Shown: piece by piece, positions 27,336 to 37,338 of the stretch | How the letters are laid out: each line of letters starts with the position of its first letter | Position numbering within the stretch: the stretch's first letter is position 1 | NCBI GenBank assembly: GCA_048940445.1 | Contig: JBHLON010000031.1 | Location: 1-38,385, forward strand | Length of the DNA: 38,385 nt | Direction of reading: 5' to 3' | Origin: Promethearchaeota archaeon | GTDB taxonomy: Archaea > Asgardarchaeota > Lokiarchaeia > Sigyniarchaeales > SOKP01 | Notes under the pieces: model-generated | Seen by the model: the letters and a program-made list of their open reading frames with translations, nothing else | What the model was told of the DNA's origin: nothing | Database searches by the model: none | Made by a program: the position numbers and the translations under genes

Positions 27336-27797
27336 ATACCTCAGCTTGTAAAAAGTGGAAAATATATATTTGGCTGGTCAAAAGTGGGATTTAATGGCAA
27401 AATTAAAATTCCTCCAAAAGCGTATACTGAGTATAATTTAATTCAAGACAATTATGCCATTTTATTTTCTGGTAGTAAAGCTTCTGGGGGATTTGGGTTG
27501 AGTTCTCCCCGATTATTAGGAGAATCTGTCATGAAGAAAGCCTTAGCTCAACAAGACACTAAATATAAAATTAAGGAAGGGGAAATCTCTAACGGTTGTA
27601 GCAGGAAGTACTGTTGGGTTAAAATATTAGGCGATAAAAGTATTATCCTGGCAAAAGAAACTTTGGAAATATTTGGAATTGATTATAATGATTATTTACT
27701 AACTGCTAGAGGTAGTGGTTTAGCTATTGGATTTGTCGCTAAAGGTCTAATTTTTGAAGAAGCCAAAAATTATAATAATATAAAAGTATTTGAGTAA
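27336..27797 (+). CDS. tandem AbrB/SpoVT-like (swapped-hairpin) protein, probable ATA start
   Basis: The frame extends 16 codons upstream of the GTG at 27384, giving (I/M)PQLVKSGKYIFGWSKVGFNGKIKIPP. SGSKASGGFGL and RGSGLAIGFVAKG motifs follow. AGGTG lies 7 nt before the ATA. Confidence 0.7.
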   Translation: MPQLVKSGKYIFGWSKVGFNGKIKIPPKAYTEYNLIQDNYAILFSGSKASGGFGLSSPRLLGESVMKKALAQQDTKYKIKEGEISNGCSRKYCWVKILGDKSIILAKETLEIFGIDYNDYLLTARGSGLAIGFVAKGLIFEEAKNYNNIKVFE

Positions 27798-27822
27798 AAT
27801 TGCTTCTTTAAATAAAATTTTC

Positions 27823-28377
27823 TTATCTTTCATCCTTTTTAGCGTAGTTAAGAATAATACCCTCTTCAATCCAGTTCCAATGAAACATTGGTCTTTTAAA
27901 TTTCGTTTTAAATTCAAAACCAGCATTTATTATTTGCTCCTGGACTTCATTTAATTTAAGGCCATAAGAACCTATATGTGTAGCAAAATAAGATAATATT
28001 CCAGATACCTTCTTTAAAATGCGATAAATTTCACCTAATAATATGAATTTTTCGTCTCTATCTAATAAATGATAAACATCATAAAGCAGTACCATATCTA
28101 AAGAATTAGACTTTAAAGGGATTGATATCTCTTTTGATGTTCTAATAATTTCAACATTTTTAATATGGTTACTTCTAATTTTATTTATTAATACTCCTAA
28201 GGAATCATCATCATGGTCGAGAGCATAAATTTTACCTCTAAAACCCACAATTTTCGATGCAATAATCGAATAAATTCCTGTCCCACATCCAAAATCCAGT
28301 ATCTTTTGATGTTCTCGGATACCAAATTCTCTAAGTATTTCTTCCCCCTTAGAAGTTTGCCAATTTTTTACATTCAT
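27823..28377 (-). CDS. class I SAM-dependent methyltransferase
   Basis: ILDFGCGTG, GKIYALD, DMVLLYDVYH, EIYRILK. Confidence 0.9.
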   Translation of the reverse strand: MNVKNWQTSKGEEILREFGIREHQKILDFGCGTGIYSIIASKIVGFRGKIYALDHDDDSLGVLINKIRSNHIKNVEIIRTSKEISIPLKSNSLDMVLLYDVYHLLDRDEKFILLGEIYRILKKVSGILSYFATHIGSYGLKLNEVQEQIINAGFEFKTKFKRPMFHWNWIEEGIILNYAKKDER

Positions 28378-28523
28378 TTTACTAATTAAAAAAAATTGTT
28401 ATAAGATTTTTAAATAATCTTTAAAATTTTGCCTAAGGAGATTTAAATTAATATTTACTATTATCGTTTCATCTTTGACTTTAAGCTCTGTAATAGCTAA
28501 ATCGTAGAAGTACACAATTATGA

Positions 28524-29144
28524 TTATTTAATCTCCCTCCTTTTAAGAAAACTCTTAGCTAACTTCCTTGTTTTTGGACTCTGAGACCTAAGTTGACTTT
28601 TTACAAAATTAATTACTTCTACTTTATCTTCAATCGTATCAAAATACTCATCAAAAGACTGGATTACAGATGCTTTTACTAGTTCCTTTCTTTGTGGCTC
28701 ATGATGGGTTTTATCTATACTTAGTAATGTTTTGGTTACTTTTTCTCTTAAATTTGGTTTCACTTTAGCAATCTTACCTAAATTTAATGCTAAATGCGAT
28801 GCCGTCATCACACTTTTCGCATCAATTAATCCACAATATTCATCAAATAAGCGTTCAAACTTAGCTTTATTATCAACTTTTGCAAGGTTTGCAAGTAATT
28901 GAATTCCAATAACGATGTGAAAATTATTAGTACTCCTCAGTAATTTAGCAAAAAAGTCCCAATCAGGATATAGAATCTCAGGAGCTCTTTCACTTAAAAC
29001 TAACAACACTTTATTACTATTAAACCTAACATAATCATCCTTAACAAGTAAATTTCGTATTAATCTTTCACGTAGTTCTGCATCTTTTAAAGCTTTTTCA
29101 ACAAGATTTTCCGGTTTGAAGTCTTTTTTATTTAGATTTTCCAA
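28524..29144 (-). CDS. alpha-helical ARM/HEAT-like hypothetical protein
   Basis: Helical repeat character (ELRERLIRNLL..DYVRFNS..VL..LSERAPEILYP). Lies 25 bp downstream of the uvrA-like gene. Confidence 0.65.
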   Translation of the reverse strand: MENLNKKDFKPENLVEKALKDAELRERLIRNLLVKDDYVRFNSNKVLLVLSERAPEILYPDWDFFAKLLRSTNNFHIVIGIQLLANLAKVDNKAKFERLFDEYCGLIDAKSVMTASHLALNLGKIAKVKPNLREKVTKTLLSIDKTHHEPQRKELVKASVIQSFDEYFDTIEDKVEVINFVKSQLRSQSPKTRKLAKSFLKRREIK

Positions 29145-29169
29145 TTTTAAACACTAATTATAAATATAA

Positions 29170-31702
29170 TTAATATAAATAAATTCCAGTAATAGAATTT
29201 ATGTTTTCTTTTATTTGCTCAGGTGTTCCTATTGCAATCACTTTTCCCCCTTTTGGCCCTCCTTCTGGACCCAATTCAATAATGTAATCCATATAAGAGA
29301 GAATTTCGGGGTCGTGTTCAATAATTACAACACTGTTTCCTTCCTTTACTAATTGATCTAACAATTCCATTAGCTTTATAGCATCATAAAATGATAAACC
29401 CACCGTAGGTTCGTCTAATATATATAAAGATTTTCCCTTACGGACTTTTCCAAGTTCTCTAGCTAATTTAATTCGTTGAGCTTCACCTCCACTTAACGTT
29501 GGAGCAGGTTGCCCTAGTGTAATATATCCCATGCCTATCTCATCAAGAATCATTAACATATTATAAATTTTAGGTTCTGATCTAAATAAATCTAATGCTT
29601 CCTTTACTGTCATGTCAAGTAACTCTGCGATTGTTTTACCTTTATATTTAACTTCTAAAATTTCTGGTTTATATCTTAAACCTTTACATTCTTTACAAGG
29701 TATGGTAAAACTACTTAAAAACGATATTTGTAAATCTTGAGCACCACAGCCTCTACAAACGGGACACCTTCCATTATCAGAATTATATGAAAAATGTCCT
29801 GCTGAATACTTCCTCTTTCTTGCTTCTGGAGTTTTAGCATAAATATTCCTTATTTTATCCCAAATACCAATAAATGAAGAAGGAGTGGAAGTTCGCACTC
29901 TAGATATGGGCTTTTGATTAACAACAATTACACCATCCAAATTTTCCCATCCTTCTACATTTCCAGAAAATTCTGTTAGATCATCATCGTTACCTTCGTT
30001 ATCTTCATTTTCTTTTGCCAAAACCTTCTTTGTTATCCTAGAAAAATGAGGTTTTAAAAGTGGTATCAATGTATCTAACACTAAAGAACTCTTCCCTGAT
30101 CCTGAAACTCCCGCAATTCCAACCATCATACCCAGAGGAATTTTAACATTAACGCTTTTAAGATTATTTGTGTTAGCATTTTTAATAATTATAAATTTAG
30201 TATTATCATCAACCAACTTTTTTTGTTGAGTTGATTTACTGGGTAATTTTATTTTGCCTACTAAAAATTGTCCTGTATACGAATCATCAATTTGCTTAAT
30301 CCCACCTAAAGATCCTCGATAAACTATTTTTCCGCCGTTTTTTCCTGCTCCTGGACCTATATCAATAATTTCATCAGCGATGTTGATAAAATGCTTATCA
30401 TGTTCAACAATAATAACAGTATTTCCTAAATTTTTAAGTTTTTTTAAAGTATTAATTAGAGACTCTTTTTCTTTTTCATGCAGACTCATACTGGGTTCAT
30501 CTAGAATATATATAAGAGAATCGAGACCACTATCTAAATTAGTCATAAGAGACAATCTTTGTAATTCTCCTCCACTCAAGGTGGGCAATGAGCGATTTAG
30601 ATGTAAATATGATAAACCTACATTAATCATACGCTTTAAACTACTGACTAAGTTTTTCATCATTGAATTACCTTGAGGAGTTTTTATATCCTTATTTCCC
30701 AAATTTTCCAAGAATTCAATCAACTCGTCAATGGTCATTTCTGCTAATTCACCTATATGCTTCCCACTAATCTTAATTTCTCTTGCTTGTTCATTAATAC
30801 GGTAGCCGTTACATTCCTTACACTTTTTCATACTCATATATTCCTTAGTGATTTTACTTCTCCGATATGCACTTTTACTTTCGAATATAGCTCTCTCCAA
30901 ATGTGGAATTATTCCTTCAAATTCTCTTTCTAATTCACCACTAAATCTTTTTGATTCCCATTTAAACTGCAGCTTTTTTCCACTTCCATAAAGATATACC
31001 TTCTTAATCTTTTCTGGTAAATCTTTATAAGCTGTTTTAATGTCAAAATCATAAAAACTTGGTAGTTGTTCAACAAATTTGATTTGATCAGCAAAACAAC
31101 CAGAGCCTGCTCTTGTAATTTCTATTAGATTTCTATTATAATCTTGAACAATCATTTCCTCATTTAGATGCATCGTATATCCCCTTCCTTTGCAAGCCAA
31201 ACACAATCTGGCCTCTTCGATATGCTCAAGAGAGATTTCCAGATGGCTCATTAAAAGAGAAATACTTAATTTGTTTACGCTCTGTTATTATTCCACAAAT
31301 TTCACATTCTAGAGTAGTTTCATCTATAGGTTTCTTGCAAATTGGACAAACTAAAATCCCTTCTGTTGCATAAATCATACGAAGATATCCATATAATCCT
31401 GTTCTAGTTCCCACTGTAGAACGAGGGTTAAAGACACGTGTAGTTCTTTGTTCTACTGCCACAGTGGGACTAAGCCCTTCTATTATATCGAAAGGTTTCT
31501 CATCTTCAAACTTGGGAGGGAATCCAATTGATTGAAGGTATCTATTCATTCCTTCCTCAAAAATGATATCAAAAGCTAAACTGGACTTACCTGAGCCCGA
31601 TACTCCAGTAATGAGGGTAATCTTCCCTTTTGGAATTTCTAAACTAATATTCTTCAAATTATGGATTCTGGCTCCAACAATTTTTATTTCATTCATTCTC
31701 AT
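29170..31702 (-). CDS. uvrA: class II UvrA-like ABC ATPase (DrrC/UvrA2 type), split by a 31-nt candidate intron; 833 aa after splicing
   Basis: GARIHNLKNI, GVSGSGKSSL twice, NPRSTVGT, LSGGE twice, YILDEP twice, CxxC zinc modules. ORF-track pieces 31226..31702 and 29170..31251 join in frame if 31206..31236 is removed. No UvrB-binding insertion is apparent. Confidence 0.9.
31206..31236 (-). other. candidate bulge-helix-bulge (tRNA-splicing-endonuclease type) mRNA intron, 31 nt
   Basis: mRNA reads CAU-CUGG-AA^A-UCUCUCUUGAGCAUAUCGAAGAGG-CCAG-AU^U-GUG. It has a 4-bp central helix, two 3-nt bulges and flanking helices. The canonical cuts give CCA UCU GGA AUG UGU (P-S-G-M-C). Confidence 0.8.
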
Positions 31703-32054
31703 TTAGTTCCCATTTTTACATTGAGTTCATTTAAACTTAAAAAAGATTTACTAATTAAAATTTAAAGAGACGACAGAATATTTATTTAACATTTTTTCTA
31801 ATTTAATTTTATATTTAAATTGTATCCGAGAACCATTTTTATTCCTCAACGATCTCATAATAATATGAATATTTATGGTAAATTCATCAGTCTCCTTTTT
31901 CTTTAATGCTGTATAGAAGATATCTGAGACAAAAAATTCCTTTCATGCCTTGTTCTATAAGGTATGAACAAACTCTAAAAATTTATAAATTTTAATCATT
32001 GAGTTTATTAAAAATTATAGATAATTATGATTAGCATTAGATATTTGATGAACT

Positions 32055-33071
32055 ATGGAAGAAATAGCAATTCAAACAATTAATTTAACCAAAAAATTTA
32101 AAGACCTCGTTGCGGTTGATCACGTATCGGTTAAAGTAAAGACAGGTGAGATTTTCGGATTATTAGGTCCCAATGGTGCAGGAAAAACTACTTTAATACG
32201 TATGTTATGTACATTAGCGGAACCAACGGAAGGTACTGCCATGATCGCAGGTTATGATTTACGACATGACGAAAATAAGATTAGAGAGAATATAGGATTA
32301 GTATCAGAAAAGATGATAATGTATGATATGCTAACACCCCGAGAAAACTTGAAACTTTTTGGAAAGCTGTATAATATTCCAAAGAAAAAGCTTAAAGCAC
32401 GAATTGATGAATTATTGAAGTTAGTAAAAATGCAGAAATGGGGTGATAAAATGATCAGTACTTTTTCAACTGGAATGAAGCAACGAATAAATGTAATTCG
32501 AGCTTTATTGAATGAGCCTCATATCTTATTTTTAGATGAACCAACACTGGGGTTAGATCCTCAATCAACAAGTGAATTACGTTCATTTATTAAGGAGATA
32601 AATAATAAAAACAAAACTACTATTGTTTTAACGACTCACATGATGGTGGAAGCAGATCTATTATGCGATCAAATCGCCATTATTGATTTTGGTAAAATAA
32701 TTGCTTTAGACACTTCTGAAAATCTAAAACGTATGGTAATAGGAGCTGACGTCTCATTGATGGAAATAGAGATAGCAAATTTAGACAATGAGATGGTATC
32801 AATTCTCCAAAAACTTGCAGTTGTTCAACAATTAACAAGGATTTCTGACACTAAAATTAAAATCCAAGCAAAAGGAGATGATGCTTTTGATGATGTAATC
32901 GATATTGTTCGAAAATTAAATGGAAAGATTACATATATCAAAGATTTGGAACCAACTTTAGAGGATGTCTTCTTACACATGACTGGACATGAAGTAAGGG
33001 ATGAACCAAGTGAGAGTAATTTAAGTAATGTTCGTCGTTTTCATCGTCGTCGAGCAAGTAGAGTAAGATAG
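32055..33071 (+). CDS. ABC-2 type multidrug exporter ATP-binding subunit (DrrA-like)
   Basis: GLLGPNGAGKTT, FSTGMKQR, LFLDEPTLGLDPQS, LTTHMM.EAD.LCD, PTLEDVFLHMTG. Confidence 0.92.
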   Translation: MEEIAIQTINLTKKFKDLVAVDHVSVKVKTGEIFGLLGPNGAGKTTLIRMLCTLAEPTEGTAMIAGYDLRHDENKIRENIGLVSEKMIMYDMLTPRENLKLFGKLYNIPKKKLKARIDELLKLVKMQKWGDKMISTFSTGMKQRINVIRALLNEPHILFLDEPTLGLDPQSTSELRSFIKEINNKNKTTIVLTTHMMVEADLLCDQIAIIDFGKIIALDTSENLKRMVIGADVSLMEIEIANLDNEMVSILQKLAVVQQLTRISDTKIKIQAKGDDAFDDVIDIVRKLNGKITYIKDLEPTLEDVFLHMTGHEVRDEPSESNLSNVRRFHRRRASRVR

Positions 33072-33082
33072 GTGATAAAAAA

Positions 33083-34237
33083 GTGAAAATAATTAGTACA
33101 TTAAGGCATAGTATTTGGATCTGTTGGAAAGACTTACTTGAGTTTAGGCGTAGCAAACTGCGTTTGGTAATGTTAGTTTTGATGCCCTTGTTTATGATGG
33201 TAATGACCGGTTATATATTTCCCTCCAATAACACAATTTCTAACATTCCTGTTGCTGTAGCTAATCAAGATAATGGCCTATATGGTACAATATTTTATAA
33301 TGCTTTAAAGACTGCTAATAATAATACACACATGATGGTGTTGAGCAATGCTAAAGATTATGATTCTATCAAATTAGACATTCAAGATGGAAAAATTAGT
33401 GCTGGAATTTTGATTGGAGTGAACTTTTCCTCTGAATTAATGTCAGGCCATCAAGGGATCATAACAGTTGTTTTGGATCAAACTAATCCACAGATGTCTC
33501 TAATGGTAGAAACTGCATTAAATGAATTAATTAAACAATTAGGAACACAATACGCTATGCTTAATTTAAGTGCCACCTATGCACAAGTAGTTCCTTTTAA
33601 TCCTACATTTAAGGGAATTTATCCAGGTAATCCCAGTTATTTTGAATTTATGGCTCCTGGTATCATGACGATGGTGGTAATGATGGCATTAATGACGGGA
33701 TTACCACACGCAATCTCATATGAGAAGGACATAGGTACTCTAGATGGGATGTTAACAGCCCCGATTAAGAAAATATCGATAATACTTGGAAAATCACTTG
33801 CTCAGACTATCCGTGGATTAATACAAGGCATAATTGTCCTTATCTTAGCAATTCTGTTATTTAACGTTGTTATCAATGGGAGTTTATTGCTAGTGTTTCT
33901 TGTCCTTTTCTTAAATGTATTCAGTTTTGTTGGAATGGGAATCTTAATTACATCATTTACAGGGAAAGAAGAGACGGCGACCATGATGATGATGACAATT
34001 ATGTTTCCCATGATGTTTTTAAGCGGTGTATTTTTCCCAATTCAACAAATGCCAGATTTCATGCAAATAATTTCAAAGGCTCTTCCGTTAACGTATGCTG
34101 CAGATGCAATGCGGAAAGTAATGATTTTGGGTGCGGATATTTCTGCTATATCACTTGATTTTATCTTTTTAATTGTTTTTGGTGTTATCCTTTTATTAAT
34201 TGCAATACCAATGTTCAAAAGGGCAATGAAAAGATAA
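33083..34237 (+). CDS. ABC-2 type exporter permease
   Basis: N-terminal TM, extracellular IPVAVANQD domain, YFEFMAPG, EKDIGTLDGMLTAP, FLSGVFFPI, PLTYAADAMR. Confidence 0.92.
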   Translation: MKIISTLRHSIWICWKDLLEFRRSKLRLVMLVLMPLFMMVMTGYIFPSNNTISNIPVAVANQDNGLYGTIFYNALKTANNNTHMMVLSNAKDYDSIKLDIQDGKISAGILIGVNFSSELMSGHQGIITVVLDQTNPQMSLMVETALNELIKQLGTQYAMLNLSATYAQVVPFNPTFKGIYPGNPSYFEFMAPGIMTMVVMMALMTGLPHAISYEKDIGTLDGMLTAPIKKISIILGKSLAQTIRGLIQGIIVLILAILLFNVVINGSLLLVFLVLFLNVFSFVGMGILITSFTGKEETATMMMMTIMFPMMFLSGVFFPIQQMPDFMQIISKALPLTYAADAMRKVMILGADISAISLDFIFLIVFGVILLLIAIPMFKRAMKR

Positions 34238-34325
34238 TACAAATCCTTGATTAGAAAAGAATCCAAAATTTTTTCTTTCCATCAAAAATATTTTTTTTCC
34301 TTTTAACTAAGATTCTATTTTTCAA

Positions 34326-34412
34326 TTAAATAAAATATATTTTTAATGCCAAAACAGCGTTTAGGGTGATCAGTTTACTTTTTCTACTTTCTCACTCAAT
34401 ATTTACCTGAAC
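34326..34412 (-). pseudogene. decayed copy of the 3' end of the 35172..36179 gene
   Basis: Translates VQVNIE*ESRKSKLITLNAVLALKIYFI*, versus VQVNIEHKGKESKWITLNAIRALKKYYS* in the intact gene. Both share TCAATATTTACCTGAACA. Confidence 0.8.
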
Positions 34413-34477
34413 AAAGGGTTACAAAACTACTATGTTTCTTTATTCCACTGCCACAGTAGTACTATCATACCATTAAT

Positions 34478-35140
34478 CTATATCCCATTGACTTTTTGTA
34501 TTATAAAAAAAATTGAACGAAAACTTGTTGGATTTTTTCTATAAGCATTAATTTCTTTTATATATCTTTTTTGGTTTTTAAACTTTTTAGGGATATCAAT
34601 TAACTTTTCTATTTGAAGTTCTAATGGCAAAAAATAATCCTTCCCCCATGCATCATCAGGTAATTGAAAGCAATTTATTAATTTATAACCACATCTGGCT
34701 ATCATTTTTAATTTTTTTTCTTTATCACTCAAATCATCATGCACAACAATAAATCCATTACTTTTAAGCACTTTATCCCATTCTTTCAAAGCTCTCTCAA
34801 AACCGATAAATTGCATTACACCTTCAGCCCAAATAATATTAAAGCTCTCATTGGGAAAATGCATATCTAATAAAGAGCAATTAAGAGCCTCCACACGATC
34901 TGATAAATTTAATTTTTTGATTTTTTCGTTAAACTTATCCAAAGCTTCTTGATCAATATCTATTCCAATTATCTTCCCATTACTCAATTGCGCCAATTCT
35001 ATAGCTGGTATTCCCGAACCACAACCTATATCAAGTATATAAGGATTATCAATCTTTGGTAGCATTTTAAATGCTTTTCTAGTATATGGAAGAAAATTTT
35101 TACGAAGTTCTTCGATTTTAATCTCTATCTCATTTGTCAT
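34478..35140 (-). CDS. class I SAM-dependent methyltransferase
   Basis: ILDIGCGSG, IIGIDID, FPNESFNIIWAEG, VLKSNG. Confidence 0.92.
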   Translation of the reverse strand: MTNEIEIKIEELRKNFLPYTRKAFKMLPKIDNPYILDIGCGSGIPAIELAQLSNGKIIGIDIDQEALDKFNEKIKKLNLSDRVEALNCSLLDMHFPNESFNIIWAEGVMQFIGFERALKEWDKVLKSNGFIVVHDDLSDKEKKLKMIARCGYKLINCFQLPDDAWGKDYFLPLELQIEKLIDIPKKFKNQKRYIKEINAYRKNPTSFRSIFFIIQKVNGI

Positions 35141-35171
35141 ATATTTCCCATCAATTAGACTCAGTATCTTT

Positions 35172-36179
35172 CTAACTATAATACTTTTTTAATGCTCTAA
35201 TAGCATTTAAGGTGATCCACTTACTTTCTTTACCCTTATGTTCAATATTTACCTGAACACGTCCATTAAAACTTTTTTCTAATATCCATCTCCCTTCTTG
35301 AGTTTGTTTTGATAAAATTAAATCAATAGCATCTTGCATTCTATCATCCTTATACCCTAATTTTAATAAAGTGTTTAAGATTTCTAAAGCATCTATTTTC
35401 CATAATAAAGGAAAGCCAAATTGAGTCCATTCCTCCTTTGCTACAGAATTTTTTTCATGACTTTTTTTATAAACCCTATGATCAAGGATATATTCAACTG
35501 CTTTCTGAATAAAATTATCAATTTCGCTTGATCGTTTATTTTGTGGAATTTCAGCTAACGCCTTCAAACTTTTTACGACACCCATATGACATGTATGCTT
35601 TCCCCAACAACTTTTATGTTTTTCATAAGGCCACCCTTTAGGTGCTTTACTTATACTATCATCTAATCTTTGATATTGAACAATCCAATTAATAGCACGT
35701 TGAACTCGAAAGTCATCTAAATATCCAAATTTGATTAAAGCCCAAATCATATTTCCATTTAGGCAAGGGATTACTTGTTCATGGACACCCCCTTTCTCTT
35801 CATTTCCATGGACAGAGAAACCTCCACTATTACGATCTTGAGAATTTTTGAGAATAAATTCACATGTTTCTTTAATTCTATTATTATTTCCGTCTGCATT
35901 AAGTTCTGCTAAGATGATAAGAGTCCATACAGTGCCCTTATACTTTGTATATACATAAAAATTGTCTCGATTCACCCAGTATCCTCCTTCCTTTTGCTTG
36001 CTCAGAATTTTAGATACAATCATACTACTCATGATTTTTTGTTTGGCATCTTTAACTTCTTTAGAAGCAGCTGTCTTACCTAAAATGTCTACTAATGTAA
36101 AATATCTAACTGAAGGATTATTTTCTTCTAATAACCAATCTAATGGGTTTTTATTCAACATAGATTCCCAATCGCTCAA
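35172..36179 (-). CDS. prenyltransferase/squalene-cyclase-repeat (alpha/alpha barrel) protein of unknown function
   Basis: DWLLEENNPSVRY, ILSKQKEGGYW, QRLDD and ILSKQTQEGRW (QxxxGxW repeats), FGFP, SKWITLNA. TTG start at 36179 follows AGGTGA. Confidence 0.75.
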   Translation of the reverse strand: MSDWESMLNKNPLDWLLEENNPSVRYFTLVDILGKTAASKEVKDAKQKIMSSMIVSKILSKQKEGGYWVNRDNFYVYTKYKGTVWTLIILAELNADGNNNRIKETCEFILKNSQDRNSGGFSVHGNEEKGGVHEQVIPCLNGNMIWALIKFGYLDDFRVQRAINWIVQYQRLDDSISKAPKGWPYEKHKSCWGKHTCHMGVVKSLKALAEIPQNKRSSEIDNFIQKAVEYILDHRVYKKSHEKNSVAKEEWTQFGFPLLWKIDALEILNTLLKLGYKDDRMQDAIDLILSKQTQEGRWILEKSFNGRVQVNIEHKGKESKWITLNAIRALKKYYS

Positions 36180-36195
36180 GATTTTCACCTTAAAA

Positions 36196-37338
36196 TTAAA
36201 TTTTTATTCTTGATAAATTTTTAAATAAAATTTCTTCATTTTTTACAATATGTAAAACTTTCTTATGTAGTTCATTCAAATTAATTTTTTGTAAACATTC
36301 ACTATTATATTCTTCAAGAGTAATTTTTAGTGATTGAGCAAACAATGTCCAATTTTTCCTTGAAGCATCTAGAATAGGCAAGCAATCTTCGATTATCTTT
36401 ATTTCTTCATTTTTCCATGCCATAGGACCTTTCTTTATATCTGGAATTTGTAGAAGTTCCTCAAGAAAATTTTTATACAAATTTCGAAAACATGCACCTC
36501 CTGTACCCCACGTCTCTATGTATCCGTAAATAAGATCAAACATTATACTTGCTAAATAAGTTTCATGTCCCTTTGAATCAATCACCTTCTTATTCAATTT
36601 ATCATCCCATGTGAGAATAGAACTAGCAAATCTCCTTAACCCTTGTATCCCGTTATAATTCATCGAAGATCGAAGCATATTATTTACAACTTTCTGAATC
36701 GCGAGTTTTATTCCTGCTGCTAGTGGTGGATGTTTACCATCAGGACGACGTGTCATAAAAAATTGAGTATTCTGTGGATACAAAAATTTAGGGCCATAAG
36801 TTGAACTTCTCGCCGTCTTTAGGATACTAATTGGAACTGATTGAAAATCTTCGAATTCTGTATCACCTACATAAGCTATATTCTTCTCCTCATCAAATCC
36901 TGCTAATGTTATCGCATGTCCACCAAAATGAGCTTCATCAAGCTGATTAACAAAATTTTCATATGGCATATAGGCAATATCTACCCGTATTATAAGAGGC
37001 AGATTTTGTTTAATAAGCCTCTTTGATTCTTCCCATGCTTTATCAGCACTAGTAAACGATTGTTTTCTTAAAGAAATACCTAATAATCGACAAGCTAAAG
37101 ACTCTTGGTCTATTGTCCCTTGTTTACCACCAAGAAAAAAAGGTATTTTTGATTCAGGGATAAATGAAACACTCTCAGTGGTATCAAAAAATCCAAATCC
37201 TAGTGTTGCATCCAAACCAAATGCCATAGCTTCTGACATATTAAAACCAAGAAATTCGAAAAGGTCTCTCATAGCGGATGACTCACAATGTACACCGACA
37301 CGGTGGATAAAATTATTTATTATAATCTTTTGGGTCAA
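36196..37338 (-). CDS. BtrH N-terminal (papain-like C39-type) domain protein with DUF4872-like C-terminus
   Basis: HCESSAMRDL, SEAMAFGL, HFGGHAITLAGFD, YVGDT (Cys-His-Asp set), GTGGACFRNLY. Confidence 0.85.
   Translation of the reverse strand: MTQKIIINNFIHRVGVHCESSAMRDLFEFLGFNMSEAMAFGLDATLGFGFFDTTESVSFIPESKIPFFLGGKQGTIDQESLACRLLGISLRKQSFTSADKAWEESKRLIKQNLPLIIRVDIAYMPYENFVNQLDEAHFGGHAITLAGFDEEKNIAYVGDTEFEDFQSVPISILKTARSSTYGPKFLYPQNTQFFMTRRPDGKHPPLAAGIKLAIQKVVNNMLRSSMNYNGIQGLRRFASSILTWDDKLNKKVIDSKGHETYLASIMFDLIYGYIETWGTGGACFRNLYKNFLEELLQIPDIKKGPMAWKNEEIKIIEDCLPILDASRKNWTLFAQSLKITLEEYNSECLQKINLNELHKKVLHIVKNEEILFKNLSRIKI

Noticed and set aside
31206-31251. uvrA as a simple frameshift pseudogene, programmed frameshift, or two separate genes
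   Set aside because: A 1-nt slip would leave about 10 extra residues inside a tightly conserved zinc motif. No slippery run is present, and the rest of the gene is intact. A precise BHB-bounded 31-nt insertion explains the break better.
31703-32054. Possible ORF or ncRNA in the uvrA/ABC divergent intergenic region
   Set aside because: No convincing start, motif or stable structure was found.
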